Shown in pieces: positions 44,888 through 54,135 of a DNA stretch of 64,000 bases. The notes under the pieces are model-generated. The model saw only the letters and a list, made by a program, of their open reading frames with translations. It did no database searches and had not been told where the DNA came from. The position numbers and the translations under genes were made by a program. Source of the DNA: Bryobacterales bacterium (GTDB lineage: Bacteria; Acidobacteriota; Terriglobia; Bryobacterales; UBA6623); assembly GCA_965204095.1 (NCBI GenBank), contig OZ241991.1, forward strand, positions 806,105-870,104, read 5' to 3'. Position 1 is the stretch's first letter. Each line of letters starts with the position of its first letter.

Positions 44888-45147
44888 CAGCCCGTGGTAA
44901 AAGTCCCGTGGAGGGCGCGGCGGGCTCCTGCGGTCGTTCGGCGCGGAGTGAGGAGGATGGCGATCCGGGTGATCTCCTCCGACGAACGACAAAGCCGACG
45001 ACTGCAAATGTCCGTCGCCCGAAGGGTTACGCGCCACTCCCGCTCCGCTGCGCGGAGAGCGAGGCTCCACGTTCCTGGAACGGCCAAGCGTTATGCTATC
45101 GCCCCCGGGGCGCGTGACGCCGGCCGCGTGACTTTTGCCACGGGCTG
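44888..45147 (+). repeat. Rep-2 element, copy b
   Basis: Aligns end to end with 1049..1307. Inverted ends cagcccgtggtaaaagtc / gacttttgccacgggctg. Flanks CTAG and TTAG. Confidence 0.85.
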
Positions 45148-45294
45148 TTAGTGCAGGTAAAGGCATACACCGTCGTTCTTTGACATCGCCGGATGGGACC
45201 GCTACACTGCCGTAGTTTTTGAGGCCGCCGCTCAAGATGGCAGACGCCTCGTCCTTTTCGTTCTTCCGACTCTCGAACACAGGGGCTTTACTGA

Positions 45295-46560
45295 ATGAAT
45301 CCCGGCCGACTGTTCTTCGCCAGTTGCCTTGCGCTGGTTACGACCTCGATGGTCTTCTCGATTCGCGCGGACATTCTTGACGCGCTGGCCGCCGACTTTC
45401 AGCTCACCAAGGAGCAGGTCGGCTGGGCTATCAGCCCTGCGTTCTGGGGCTTCACCATTTCAATCCTGATCGGCGGCTCGCTCGTCGATTTCTTCGGCAT
45501 GCGCAACCTGTTGCTGTTTTCGAGCGGAGGTTACATCGTTGCCGTCACCGCCGTCCTGTTCGCGCCGCTACCGGCAGGCCCGGCCGATCCCTACTATTCG
45601 GACCCCGGCTTCGTGACGCTGTTCGGAGCAATGCTGCTGATCGGACTCTCGCAGGGTCTCGTGGAAGGCGTCATTAACCCCTTGTGCGCGACACTCTATC
45701 CGCAGGAGAAAACGCATCGCATGAACGTGCTGCACGCCTGGTGGCCGGGGGGATTGATCGTCGGCGGACTGTTGGCTTTCGGAATCACCAAGCTGATGGC
45801 GCTCGACTCGGCAAGCGTCTCCGCAGCGACCGCGACCCTGGGTTGGAAAATCAAGCTGGGCACGATTCTGCTGCCCGGAGCTCTCTACGGTGTTCTGTCG
45901 CTCGGCCAGAAGTTCCCGCCCACAGAAAGGGTGGCCGCCGGCGTATCGGCCGGCGAAATGTTCCGGGAGTTGTTGCGACCGCTGTTCATCCTTCTTTGGC
46001 TGTGCATGTGGATGACCGCCATCACCGAACTCGGCACGGACCAGTGGGTGGGCTCCCTCATCACCAACCTCACCGGCATGCAGGGCATTCTGATTCTCGT
46101 CTACACAGCCGGCATCATGTTCGTCCTGCGGTTCTTCGGAGGACCGCTGGCGAATTTCTTCTCGCCGATGGGCTTGCTCACCGGCTCGGCGGTCCTTTCC
46201 GCGATCGGGCTATACGGCCTCGGCGCGGCCTCCACGCCGTTCTCGGCTTTCGCGGCGGCGACGGTCTTCGGGGTTGGTAAGACCTACTTCTGGCCGACGA
46301 TGCTCGGCGTCACATCGGAGTTGTTCCCGAAGGGTGGCGCGGCAACCCTGGCTATCATGGGCGGCACCGGCAATCTGGCCGTGGCCTTCATCCTGCCGGT
46401 CATGGGCGGTTGGTATCAGGATTACGGAGCGGCCGCCGCCTTCCAGTACGTGGGTGTGTTGCCGATCATCCTCACCGTGATCTTCGGCGCCCTGTTTTTC
46501 TACTTCAAATCCCAGGGAGGCTATCAGGCCGTCCGTCTCGAATCGAAAGAGATCTCTTAA
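45295..46560 (+). CDS. MFS transporter
   Basis: About 12 predicted TM segments; N-terminus LFFASCLALVTTSMVFSIRADIL, GGSLVDFFGMR. Confidence 0.8.
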   Translation: MNPGRLFFASCLALVTTSMVFSIRADILDALAADFQLTKEQVGWAISPAFWGFTISILIGGSLVDFFGMRNLLLFSSGGYIVAVTAVLFAPLPAGPADPYYSDPGFVTLFGAMLLIGLSQGLVEGVINPLCATLYPQEKTHRMNVLHAWWPGGLIVGGLLAFGITKLMALDSASVSAATATLGWKIKLGTILLPGALYGVLSLGQKFPPTERVAAGVSAGEMFRELLRPLFILLWLCMWMTAITELGTDQWVGSLITNLTGMQGILILVYTAGIMFVLRFFGGPLANFFSPMGLLTGSAVLSAIGLYGLGAASTPFSAFAAATVFGVGKTYFWPTMLGVTSELFPKGGAATLAIMGGTGNLAVAFILPVMGGWYQDYGAAAAFQYVGVLPIILTVIFGALFFYFKSQGGYQAVRLESKEIS

Positions 46561-46594
46561 TGATCCAGAACCCGATGCCCCAGCCGGGTTCCAT

Positions 46595-47164
46595 TCAGGC
46601 TTCAGCCGGCGCTTCCGTGTCCATGAAGTAGTAGCAGATCATGTGCATGATCACCATGTGGGCGTCTTCGACGCGGCCCATATGATGATCGTCGACGTGC
46701 AGGCTGAGGTCGACCAGGGGACGCAGCTTGCCGCCGGTCATTCCGCTGAGGCCGATGGTGTAGCAGCCGGCGGAGCGGGCGTACTCGATCGCCCGGATGA
46801 CGTTGGCTGAGTTGCCGCTGCCGCTGATCGCCACCGCCACATCGCGGGGCCGCGCGAAGTTCTTGAGCTGCTCCACGAAAACGGCGTCGTAACCGACGTC
46901 GTTGGCGTAGGCGGTCATGGTGGGAATCTGCTCGCTGAGCGCCATGATCCGGAAGCGCTGATTCCGGCCGTAGCTCGCTCCTTTGACGATGTCGCAAGCG
47001 AAGTGATTGGCGGTAGCTGCGCTGCCCCCGTTGCCGAAGACGAAAATCTGGCGGTCTTCTTCGCGCGCCCGGGCGAAAACGCGGATGGCTTCATCGACTT
47101 TGTCGGCATCGATCGTTTGCAAGGCCCCAAGCAGTTTCGTTCGATAGCCGGTGGGAAAGCTCAT
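46595..47164 (-). CDS. gmhA: SIS-domain sedoheptulose-7-phosphate isomerase (GmhA-like)
   Basis: IFVFGNGGSAATANHFACD, VAISGSGNSANV. ATG 47164 chosen (MSFPTGYRTKLL...). Confidence 0.8.
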   Translation of the reverse strand: MSFPTGYRTKLLGALQTIDADKVDEAIRVFARAREEDRQIFVFGNGGSAATANHFACDIVKGASYGRNQRFRIMALSEQIPTMTAYANDVGYDAVFVEQLKNFARPRDVAVAISGSGNSANVIRAIEYARSAGCYTIGLSGMTGGKLRPLVDLSLHVDDHHMGRVEDAHMVIMHMICYYFMDTEAPAEA

Positions 47165-47231
47165 GACACGCCAGGGCCGGGCAGGAACAGGTCGAAAAAA
47201 AGAGTGATGCCGCCGTACACTTCCAGCGTAG

Positions 47232-47556
47232 CAGCCCATGGGAAAAGTCCCGTCGTGAGAAGGGAAAAGCGCGGCGGGCTACTGCGGTCGATGTGAAGAA
47301 AAAGCGAGGTCACTACGGGCGGCAATCTCAGCACCGTTGACGGAACGAATCGGATCGCAAACGCCCGTCGCCCGAAGGGTTGCGCCCGCCGGGGATCTCG
47401 GCCGGAAGCACGGAAACACGAATCACCGGTTTTTTCACGAAACACGAATCACGGTCTTTCCCATCGAGCCGGCCAGGCAGGCACAATGCTTGCGTCCTTT
47501 GAGCGACAGCCGTACCGCCAGCCTCGGCTGTTGAGTGACGAGACACGAATCACGGC
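47232..47556 (+). repeat. partial Rep-2 (copy c, left half only) followed by heptamer arrays
   Basis: cagcccatgggaaaagtcccgtcg... matches the Rep-2 left end and interior. CACGARW arrays at 47409-47456 and 47536-47556. No right Rep-2 end. Confidence 0.7.
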
Positions 47557-47571
47557 TCTTACGCGGCGGCG

Positions 47572-48570
47572 TCACGCCGCTCCGTTGCCTGCCGCACCGC
47601 ATCGCGCGACGACTTCCCGGGGTGTTGCGGAGCCTGTTCCCGGCTTCTCGATCGTCAGGCTGGCGACGACGCTTGCAAACTCGGCGGCCGCATCCAGGTC
47701 ACCTGACGCCTTGAGCGCCAGCACGAGCCCGGCCGTAAAGCTGTCGCCGGCGCCGCAATCATCGACGACCCGGGCGGGCCGAACCGCCGGGATGGTCCGG
47801 CGCCGTCCGTCGTCGAAAAGGAGAGTTCCTTTGCCCCCCCGCGTGACGACCAACGGCGCACCGCCGATCGCCTTCCGCAACCGCGGAAAGTCGATTCGTC
47901 CGAAGAGTTTCCTGCATGCCGTATTCGCTTCCTGATGGTTCGCCTTGGCTATGACATTGCGGAAACGCTCGATGCGCGTGCGTGAGTCGGCGAGGACGAT
48001 CTTGTCGGGGCAGCGTTCGGCGATGCCGGCGATGATCTCGCGAAAGGCGGTCGAGACGACACCGCCGTGCTCGGTTTCGGATTGATCGGAGACGACAATG
48101 ACATCAAAATCCTGAAAAGCCGAATGGAGGTTGACGATGAGCTGGTCTTCGACAACGCCCGGCAGCGGGCGATGGTTGATGAAGTCGATACGAGGCTTGT
48201 CTTCTCTGCCGCTGTTCGTGTTGATCAGCTTGCTGTAGGTGAATGTCTGGATCTCGGTCGATGCAACCAGAAGACGGCAATCGATGTTGCGCGCCGCGAG
48301 GGCTTGTTGGAGCTCGAAGCCGAAGCCGTCCTGGCCGATCGCGCCCAGCACGGCGACACGGCCCGCGCCGAGAGCGGTGAGATTGTTGGCGACCGTCCCC
48401 CCCGCGCCCGGCGTCACCTCGGTGCGCACGATTCCCACGCGCGGAATCCCGGTCTCTCGAGACGGGTCCGATTCGCCCGGATCGTACCGGCACCAGCGGT
48501 CGAGGCAAATGTCTCCCGCCACCAGCACGCGGATGTCCTTGAACTTTTTGACCAGCGACTCCAGTTTCAT
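47572..48570 (-). CDS. PfkB-family sugar kinase, HldE/RfaE domain-I-like (heptose-7-phosphate kinase-like)
   Basis: VLVAGDICLDRW..., GAGGTVANNLTALG, DDCGAGDSFTAG. No adenylyltransferase domain. Confidence 0.75.
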   Translation of the reverse strand: MKLESLVKKFKDIRVLVAGDICLDRWCRYDPGESDPSRETGIPRVGIVRTEVTPGAGGTVANNLTALGAGRVAVLGAIGQDGFGFELQQALAARNIDCRLLVASTEIQTFTYSKLINTNSGREDKPRIDFINHRPLPGVVEDQLIVNLHSAFQDFDVIVVSDQSETEHGGVVSTAFREIIAGIAERCPDKIVLADSRTRIERFRNVIAKANHQEANTACRKLFGRIDFPRLRKAIGGAPLVVTRGGKGTLLFDDGRRRTIPAVRPARVVDDCGAGDSFTAGLVLALKASGDLDAAAEFASVVASLTIEKPGTGSATPREVVARCGAAGNGAA

Positions 48571-49541
48571 GAGGCTTCGGCCGCCGACAAGGCCTGCCGG
48601 AGAGCGGGAATGGTAGCGCGGTGGTCACCGCAAATGTAGTGGCTGCGCCCGCCGTCGGCGACGGTGCGAACCAGGATCGTTTTGTGCGGCCGGAAATAGT
48701 AACCCGGGTCGGTCTTGGGCAATTCCTTGTGATAGTCGCCCTCGATCGGAATGAGATCGAAGACTGCGGTAGTGAAGTCGGCGATGCGCCGCCCGTGCTG
48801 ATGCGCCACGTTGCGGGCCATCGAGAGAGCCTTGAGATAAACTTCCGGCCCCATGATCGCTGACCCGAAGCTCAGCATGACGCCGCTTTCGAGACGCTCG
48901 ACCGCATGGGTGTACATCAGGAAATCGCGATAGCTCGTTTCGCCCAGTGCCGCGCCGTTGCAGTTGGGATGCTCGTGGGTGATATCGTAGCCGACTCCGA
49001 TGTGGACTGAAACCGGAACCGAGGCCTCGTAGGCGGCGGCCAGGATGCTGACGTCACGATGCGGGTAGTCGCTTTCGAGAATCCGGCGGCCGATGTATTC
49101 GCCGAGTCCGAGCCCCGCGCTTGCGGCCTCGCAAGCCCAGTCGTTGATCAACCCCGTCTCTTCCCACAGGCCGAACTCGCCGCTGCGAATGTAGCGCGCG
49201 ACGCTTTCCGTCGTAGCTCCGATGCGCGCGAGTTCATAGTCGTGAATGGTGCAGGCGCCGTTCACCGCGAGATGGCTGATCCAGCCGTTGCGCAACAGGT
49301 CGATGATGTGACGTGACGCGCCCATCTTGATCACGTGCGCGCCCATCATCCAAAGGCGGGCGGCGTTGCTCTCGCGCGCGGAACGCAGCGCGGAAGCGAT
49401 CACGGGAAGATCGGGATGCTCGAAGGCCGGTGATTCGCCGGCGAGCGGGAGCACATAGCCGAGATCCATGTCATGGGCTCTTTCGGCCAGTGGCCGCAGG
49501 CGCAGTCGGGTACGGTCGAAAACAGGGTATTTCGATGTCAT
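48567..49541 (-). CDS. conserved hypothetical, deoxyhypusine-synthase-like Rossmann pattern (tentative)
   Basis: ATG 49541 (MTSKYPVFDR...). LWMMGAHVIKMGASRHIIDLLRNGWISHLAVNGACTIHDYELA resembles the DHS core pattern. 4-nt overlap with the kinase start. Confidence 0.4.
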   Translation of the reverse strand: MTSKYPVFDRTRLRLRPLAERAHDMDLGYVLPLAGESPAFEHPDLPVIASALRSARESNAARLWMMGAHVIKMGASRHIIDLLRNGWISHLAVNGACTIHDYELARIGATTESVARYIRSGEFGLWEETGLINDWACEAASAGLGLGEYIGRRILESDYPHRDVSILAAAYEASVPVSVHIGVGYDITHEHPNCNGAALGETSYRDFLMYTHAVERLESGVMLSFGSAIMGPEVYLKALSMARNVAHQHGRRIADFTTAVFDLIPIEGDYHKELPKTDPGYYFRPHKTILVRTVADGGRSHYICGDHRATIPALRQALSAAEAS

Positions 49542-49602
49542 GAAAACGATAAGAACTCCAGGATATACATTCCAGCGCCGGCAAGACTGAGGTCTCCGGC
49601 CC

Positions 49603-50769
49603 TTACCGAGTTGCCGGCGACAACTCGCGGAGGCGTGTGACGACGCTCGCGACCTTGTCGACAACGTAATCGACTTCCTCCTCGGTATTCCAGCGGCCGA
49701 GACCGAAACGCAGGGAACTCTGAGCGAGAGAGCGGCTCACTCCGAGAGCCCTCAGGACATGGCTGGGCCGGGCCGTTGCCGTCGTGCAGGCCGAGCCGCT
49801 CGACACGGCGATGTCATCGAGACGCATGAGCAACGACTCGCCGTCCACCGCGCTGAAGCTGACATTGAGGTTGTGCGGGAGCCGGGCGTCGAGATCGCCG
49901 TTGACCGAGAGGTCATCAAGACGGCTCCGCAAGCCGTCGAGCAATCGATCGCGGAGGCCCGCGAGCCGCTCGGACTCTCCCCCCATTTCGGACCCTGCGA
50001 TTTCGCAGGCCTTGCCGAGTCCCACGATACCCGGCACGTTCAACGTACCTGATCGAAAACCGCGCTCATGCCCGCCACCGTCGATCAATGCCGGAACATC
50101 GATGCGAGGGTCTTTCCGCCGCACGTAGAGCGCGCCCACACCCTTGGGGCCGTAGAATTTGTGGGCGGTTAGCGACAGCAGGTCGATCTCGTCCCGCTCG
50201 ACCGAAACGGGAATTTTGCCCACGGCCTGCGCGGCGTCAACATGGAAAACGATACCGCGTCTCCGGGTGACCCGGCCGATCTCGCCGACCGGTTGAATGA
50301 CGCCGATCTCGTTGTTGGCCAGTAAAATCGAAATGAGAATCGTCTCGTCGCTGATCGTGCGTTCCAGCCTCTCCAGGTCGACCAGCCCCCCGGGCGCGAC
50401 CGGCAAATAGCTGACGCGGAAATCCCCTTCTTCAAGGCGATTGAGCGAATCAAGAACGGCCCGGTGCTCGGTCTGCAGCGTGATGATGTGGTTGCCGCGC
50501 GTCCTCCGGGCGGCGGCCGCCCCTTTGAGCGCCGTGTTGATCGATTCCGTCGCGCCGCTCGTGAAGACGATTTCGCGCGAACGTGCGCCGATCAGCCCCG
50601 CCACCTGAGCACGAGCGGCCTCGACTGCCTCCTCGGCGCGCCAGCCGAATAAGTGATTGCGGCTCGCTGGGTTGCCGAAAGTCTCGGTGAAATACGGCGT
50701 CATCGCCTCGACGACACGTGGGTCGACCGGCGTGGTGGCGTGGTGGTCCATGTATACAGGCCGCTTCAT
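49603..50769 (-). CDS. class V aminotransferase / cysteine desulfurase (NifS/IscS-like)
   Basis: [27 protein letters not shown] (PLP Lys), SSGSACTT active-site Cys loop. ATG 50769; the track start 50817 lies in a repeat stub. Confidence 0.85.
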   Translation of the reverse strand: MKRPVYMDHHATTPVDPRVVEAMTPYFTETFGNPASRNHLFGWRAEEAVEAARAQVAGLIGARSREIVFTSGATESINTALKGAAAARRTRGNHIITLQTEHRAVLDSLNRLEEGDFRVSYLPVAPGGLVDLERLERTISDETILISILLANNEIGVIQPVGEIGRVTRRRGIVFHVDAAQAVGKIPVSVERDEIDLLSLTAHKFYGPKGVGALYVRRKDPRIDVPALIDGGGHERGFRSGTLNVPGIVGLGKACEIAGSEMGGESERLAGLRDRLLDGLRSRLDDLSVNGDLDARLPHNLNVSFSAVDGESLLMRLDDIAVSSGSACTTATARPSHVLRALGVSRSLAQSSLRFGLGRWNTEEEVDYVVDKVASVVTRLRELSPATR

Positions 50770-50806
50770 CGGAAGGCTTCCGATCCGAACCCCGAACACC
50801 TTCATC

Positions 50807-51172
50807 CTAGCCTGCATGCCTTACCACGTGGCGAGGCAAAGTGAGTGCTTCCGACCTCGGATCAAGAATCCATGAATCGCAAAACACGGCCTTTACGATT
50901 CACCGGCCCTCAGACATTCCTTTCGAGAGCGAACTAGCCTGCATTTCTCACCACGTGGCGAGGCGAAGTGCGTGAGAGGGGCGTCAGGACGAGGCGCGAG
51001 CCGCTTGGCGCGCGCAGGCGTACTTGAACCGTACGTTGAGCACGGCAAGCAAGCGCAACGAAGTCCTGGCGGTCGTATCGCGTGCTTCGGCCGTCGGGTG
51101 GTGAGACATGCAGGCTAGGCCGCCACCAATGGTTTTCACTAAAAACTAACCACTAACAACTAACCACTGCCT
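50807..51172 (+). repeat. Rep-3 composite repeat, copy 1 (stub + heptamers + S module + T module) carrying nested Rep-1 copy E
   Basis: Modules: ctagcctgcatgcc... (Rep-1-like left stub), degenerate heptamers, cacggcctttacgattcaccggccctcagacattcctttcgagagcgaa (S), [Rep-1 E], gccgccaccaatggttttcactaaaaactaaccactaacaactaaccac (T). Confidence 0.8.
50934..51118 (+). mobile_element. Rep-1 element, copy E (177-bp core 50938-51114, CTAG both sides)
   Basis: Best-preserved copy, with 20 of 21 terminal positions pairing between the two ends. Inserted between the S and T modules of Rep-3. Confidence 0.9.
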
Positions 51173-51772
51173 TTACGTTTTCCCCCGGTGCAAACCCAGC
51201 GCCATGCGGCCCAGCCGCATCAGGTGAGCGTGAACCGCATAGCCGAGGAGATAGACAAACACGAACGGAAAGACGATAAACCGGACCAGGGTGCGCGGAG
51301 CGGATTTATCGAGCAGGCCCGCCCGATGCATGCAGAGGCGGGCCAGATTGCCAAAATTGCCGCGGTCGAGCCAGAAGAAGTCGGCGTTCTCGTTTGCGAT
51401 GAGGAACTTCGCCGGGATGAGCAGCAAGCTCGCCGCGCGCCAGCGAGCCATGATGGGCCCGCCCGCATACAGCACCACGGCGATGCCGTGCCGGCGGTTG
51501 CGGACCTCATGCAGCAGACGCCAGCGGGCGTGGTCGTCGGTGTATTCGGTGACACGCCAGACCTGACGTTTCGTGTCCGGCGCGAGTTGCAAAGGCAGAC
51601 CCGGCCAGCAAGTAAGCAGGTCGATAACGACGTTCTCGCCGAAGGCCCTCTTCAAGTGTGGGATCAGCTTTTCCGTAACGTCGCGCTTGCCGCTCTCGAC
51701 GAGCAGAATGCGTTCCGTCTCCGGAACGCGTCGGCTGAGAACCCAGCGCATCCCGCTCATTCTATTCCGCAT
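51173..51772 (-). CDS. hypothetical membrane-associated protein
   Basis: ERILLVESGKRDVTEKLIPHLKRAFGENVVIDLLTC (Rossmann-like start) and a C-terminal TM helix LVRFIVFPFVFVYLLGYAV. The track start 51772 lies in Rep-1 F; ATG 51760 or 51751 are alternatives. Confidence 0.55.
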   Translation of the reverse strand: MRNRMSGMRWVLSRRVPETERILLVESGKRDVTEKLIPHLKRAFGENVVIDLLTCWPGLPLQLAPDTKRQVWRVTEYTDDHARWRLLHEVRNRRHGIAVVLYAGGPIMARWRAASLLLIPAKFLIANENADFFWLDRGNFGNLARLCMHRAGLLDKSAPRTLVRFIVFPFVFVYLLGYAVHAHLMRLGRMALGLHRGKT

Positions 51773-51945
51773 GTCTCGCTACGTGACGAGGCGAAGTGCG
51801 TCATAGGGCCGTCAGGACGAGCCGCGAGCCGCTGGGCGCGCGCAGGCGTACTTGACAGTACGTTGAGCACGGCAAGCAAGCGCAACGAAGTCCTGGCGGT
51901 CTTATCGTGTGCTTCGACCGTCGGGTGGTGAGAAATGCAGGTTAG
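51765..51945 (+). mobile_element. Rep-1 element, copy F (left end degenerate, right end ...gcagg TTAG)
   Basis: Interior and right arm match copies B/C/E. The left terminal repeat has decayed (ccgcatgtctcgctacgtg). Confidence 0.75.
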
Positions 51946-52167
51946 CCCGCCATGCGGGGAGGCCGCCGCTCCCTGCTTGATATAATCGGAACCATACGGA
52001 GCGATTGTCTGGTTTGCGGCGTGCCGGGCGCGAAGCTGGAACCGCCGGTTTCGCTTCAGGCAAGCAGCCCGGCCGAACCGCATGGCCCGCTCGAAGCCGT
52101 TCGCTTTCAGACCGGCTCATCGAACTCCCGCACGGGCCTGCTTCCCGTTGATCGGCCCCGAACAGCG

Positions 52168-52608
52168 ATGGCAAAGTTTTTCACATTGCAGGAAGCCGAG
52201 GACTGCATTCCAGGACTGGAGGACTTGCTGCGGACCGCCATCGACTCCAAGAAGGGGGCGGCTCAGATGGAACGCGAGCTCCAGGCGATCGGCGAGCGCA
52301 TCCATCTGCTCGGCGGTGCCGAGATCAACCCCGTCAAGGTCGCGGAAAAAAGGGCTATGCAGCGCGTTTGCATGCAACGCCTCAAGTCTTCGATAGAGAG
52401 CATCGAGCAAACGGGCTGCCTGGTGAAGGACCTCGAAATGGGCTTGCTGGATTTCCCGGCTCAGCTCGAGGGCGACGAAGTATACCTCTGCTGGAAGCTG
52501 GGCGAACCCCGCATCCAGTTCTGGCATCGCCCCGAGGAGGGCTTTGCCGGGCGCAAACGCATCGGTTCGCAGTTCGGTGAATCCCGCGGCCCTTCAAGAA
52601 CTCATTAG
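52168..52608 (+). CDS. DUF2203-like small protein
   Basis: MAKFFTLQEAEDCIPGLEDLL..., TGCLVKDLEMGLLDFPAQLEGDEVYLCWKLGEPRIQFWH. ATG 52168. The stop TAG is the TTAG at the start of Rep-3 copy 2. Confidence 0.65.
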   Translation: MAKFFTLQEAEDCIPGLEDLLRTAIDSKKGAAQMERELQAIGERIHLLGGAEINPVKVAEKRAMQRVCMQRLKSSIESIEQTGCLVKDLEMGLLDFPAQLEGDEVYLCWKLGEPRIQFWHRPEEGFAGRKRIGSQFGESRGPSRTH

Positions 52609-52821
52609 CCTGCACTATGCAGCACGCGCCAAGGCGAAGCGCCTGCCGGCAGGACGAGCCGCGAGACGCTCGAAGCGCTCCGGCCCCGTGTCCCGAATCA
52701 CGAGACACGAAACACCGGGCTGTTAAGGTTCACCGGCCGTCAGACATTTCTTTCGAGAGCGAACCAGGTCGCCACCAATGGTTTTCACTAAAAACTAACC
52801 ACTAACAACTAACCACGGCCT
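52605..52821 (+). repeat. Rep-3 composite repeat, copy 2 (fills the whole convergent intergenic spacer)
   Basis: Degenerate Rep-1-like left arm, heptamers (gaatcacgagacacgaaacacc), then S and T modules. Confidence 0.8.
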
Positions 52822-53667
52822 TCACTCCAGCTTGTCCAGGCCTTCGGTAAGCTCGATATTCGTGCCCCAGGGGTCCGTCAGGAAGGCGATCGAGAAACCC
52901 AGGCTCTTCACGTGCTCGTAGGGGCGGTCGAACTTGACGCCCTGCCGTTCCAGCTTCCGGCAGAAGCTTTCCAGATCATCGATTTCGAAACCGATGTGGT
53001 CGAGCACGCGGCCCTTGATGGGCTCTTGCGGCGTGTCGGTGCGAGTGTAGGTGAGGTTGACTCCGGGCAGGTCGGCTGCCTCGAAGATCCCGCGCCGCAT
53101 CGGCCTCGCGCCGAAGATGTCGGCGTACCAGGCCTGCATTTTCTTGTCATACTGGCCCGCGAAGTGGATGTGGTGATTCGCCAACGGCGTCTTCAGGGCG
53201 CGGTTTTCGAACATTTCGATCTTCAGTTCGTCGGGCCCCATGATGAACGCCAGATAGCGGTACTGGCTGGGACTGAAGAAAATGTCTCCCTTGGCGCGGT
53301 TGCGGCTGATTTCCGCCTTCGTCACCACCGGCACGCCGGCCGCGCGCACCTTCGCCACCATCGCCGGTACATCGGGAAACTGGATGCCGATGTGATTCAC
53401 CGAGCTGCCCTTGGTGCCGTCGGTCGGCTTCTGCTCGCGGAGAAAGATCAGGGCGTTGGGATACTTGACGTACTCCATCGTGTCGAGCTTCCCCGCCTTC
53501 GCGCCGATCACGTCGACCCAGAAGCGCTTGTGCTCGTCGAGGTCGCTTACGTTCAGATACATGCGGCCCATCGCGACGGGCGCTTCCCGGGCCGCGATGA
53601 GCTGCGCCTGGACGGGAATCGAGAGCACGGATGCAAGCAGAGCGGTAGCGAACAGTCTTTTTATCAT
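52822..53667 (-). CDS. secreted two-domain VOC (glyoxalase/bleomycin-resistance/dioxygenase) family protein
   Basis: ATG 53667 gives MIKRLFATALLASVLSIPVQAQ. Two VOC-like halves (VNHIGIQF..., LDHIGFEIDD...). Confidence 0.75.
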   Translation of the reverse strand: MIKRLFATALLASVLSIPVQAQLIAAREAPVAMGRMYLNVSDLDEHKRFWVDVIGAKAGKLDTMEYVKYPNALIFLREQKPTDGTKGSSVNHIGIQFPDVPAMVAKVRAAGVPVVTKAEISRNRAKGDIFFSPSQYRYLAFIMGPDELKIEMFENRALKTPLANHHIHFAGQYDKKMQAWYADIFGARPMRRGIFEAADLPGVNLTYTRTDTPQEPIKGRVLDHIGFEIDDLESFCRKLERQGVKFDRPYEHVKSLGFSIAFLTDPWGTNIELTEGLDKLE

Positions 53668-53798
53668 TAGTTCCTGCTTTCCTCCCGCGGCGCGGGACGG
53701 GAAATCGAACCGTGATTGTACCAACGCCGGCGGAGCCGGCTTGCGGTTTCGGCTCGCGGCCGATCCGTATAGAATGAATACGACATTGAAGGAGGTCA

Positions 53799-54020
53799 AT
53801 GGCGAAAGAAGAAGGCATCGAAGTTCAGGGCACCATCATCGAGAAGCATCCGGGCGGTACGTTTGAAGTGCGGCTGGACGACAAGCACGTCGTTCTGGCG
53901 CAAATCGCAGGCAAACTGCGCAAGCATCGCATCCGAATCCTCACCGGCGACCGAGTGACGGTCGAACTCTCACCCTACGACCTGACGCGCGGGCGCATCA
54001 CCTATCGTTTTCGTTCGTAG
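53799..54020 (+). CDS. infA: translation initiation factor IF-1
   Basis: [70 protein letters not shown] is collinear with E. coli IF-1. Confidence 0.95.
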   Translation: MAKEEGIEVQGTIIEKHPGGTFEVRLDDKHVVLAQIAGKLRKHRIRILTGDRVTVELSPYDLTRGRITYRFRS

Positions 54021-54135
54021 CCATTCGTCGAAAGCAAAGCTCCCAGCGTCGAGCGGGCCGGCCCCCGTTCGGCCGTTCGCAGGCGAGCCGCGTCCCGCCG
54101 CCGCGTCAGCGGCACGGCGAAGTCAAGGCGGCCGT

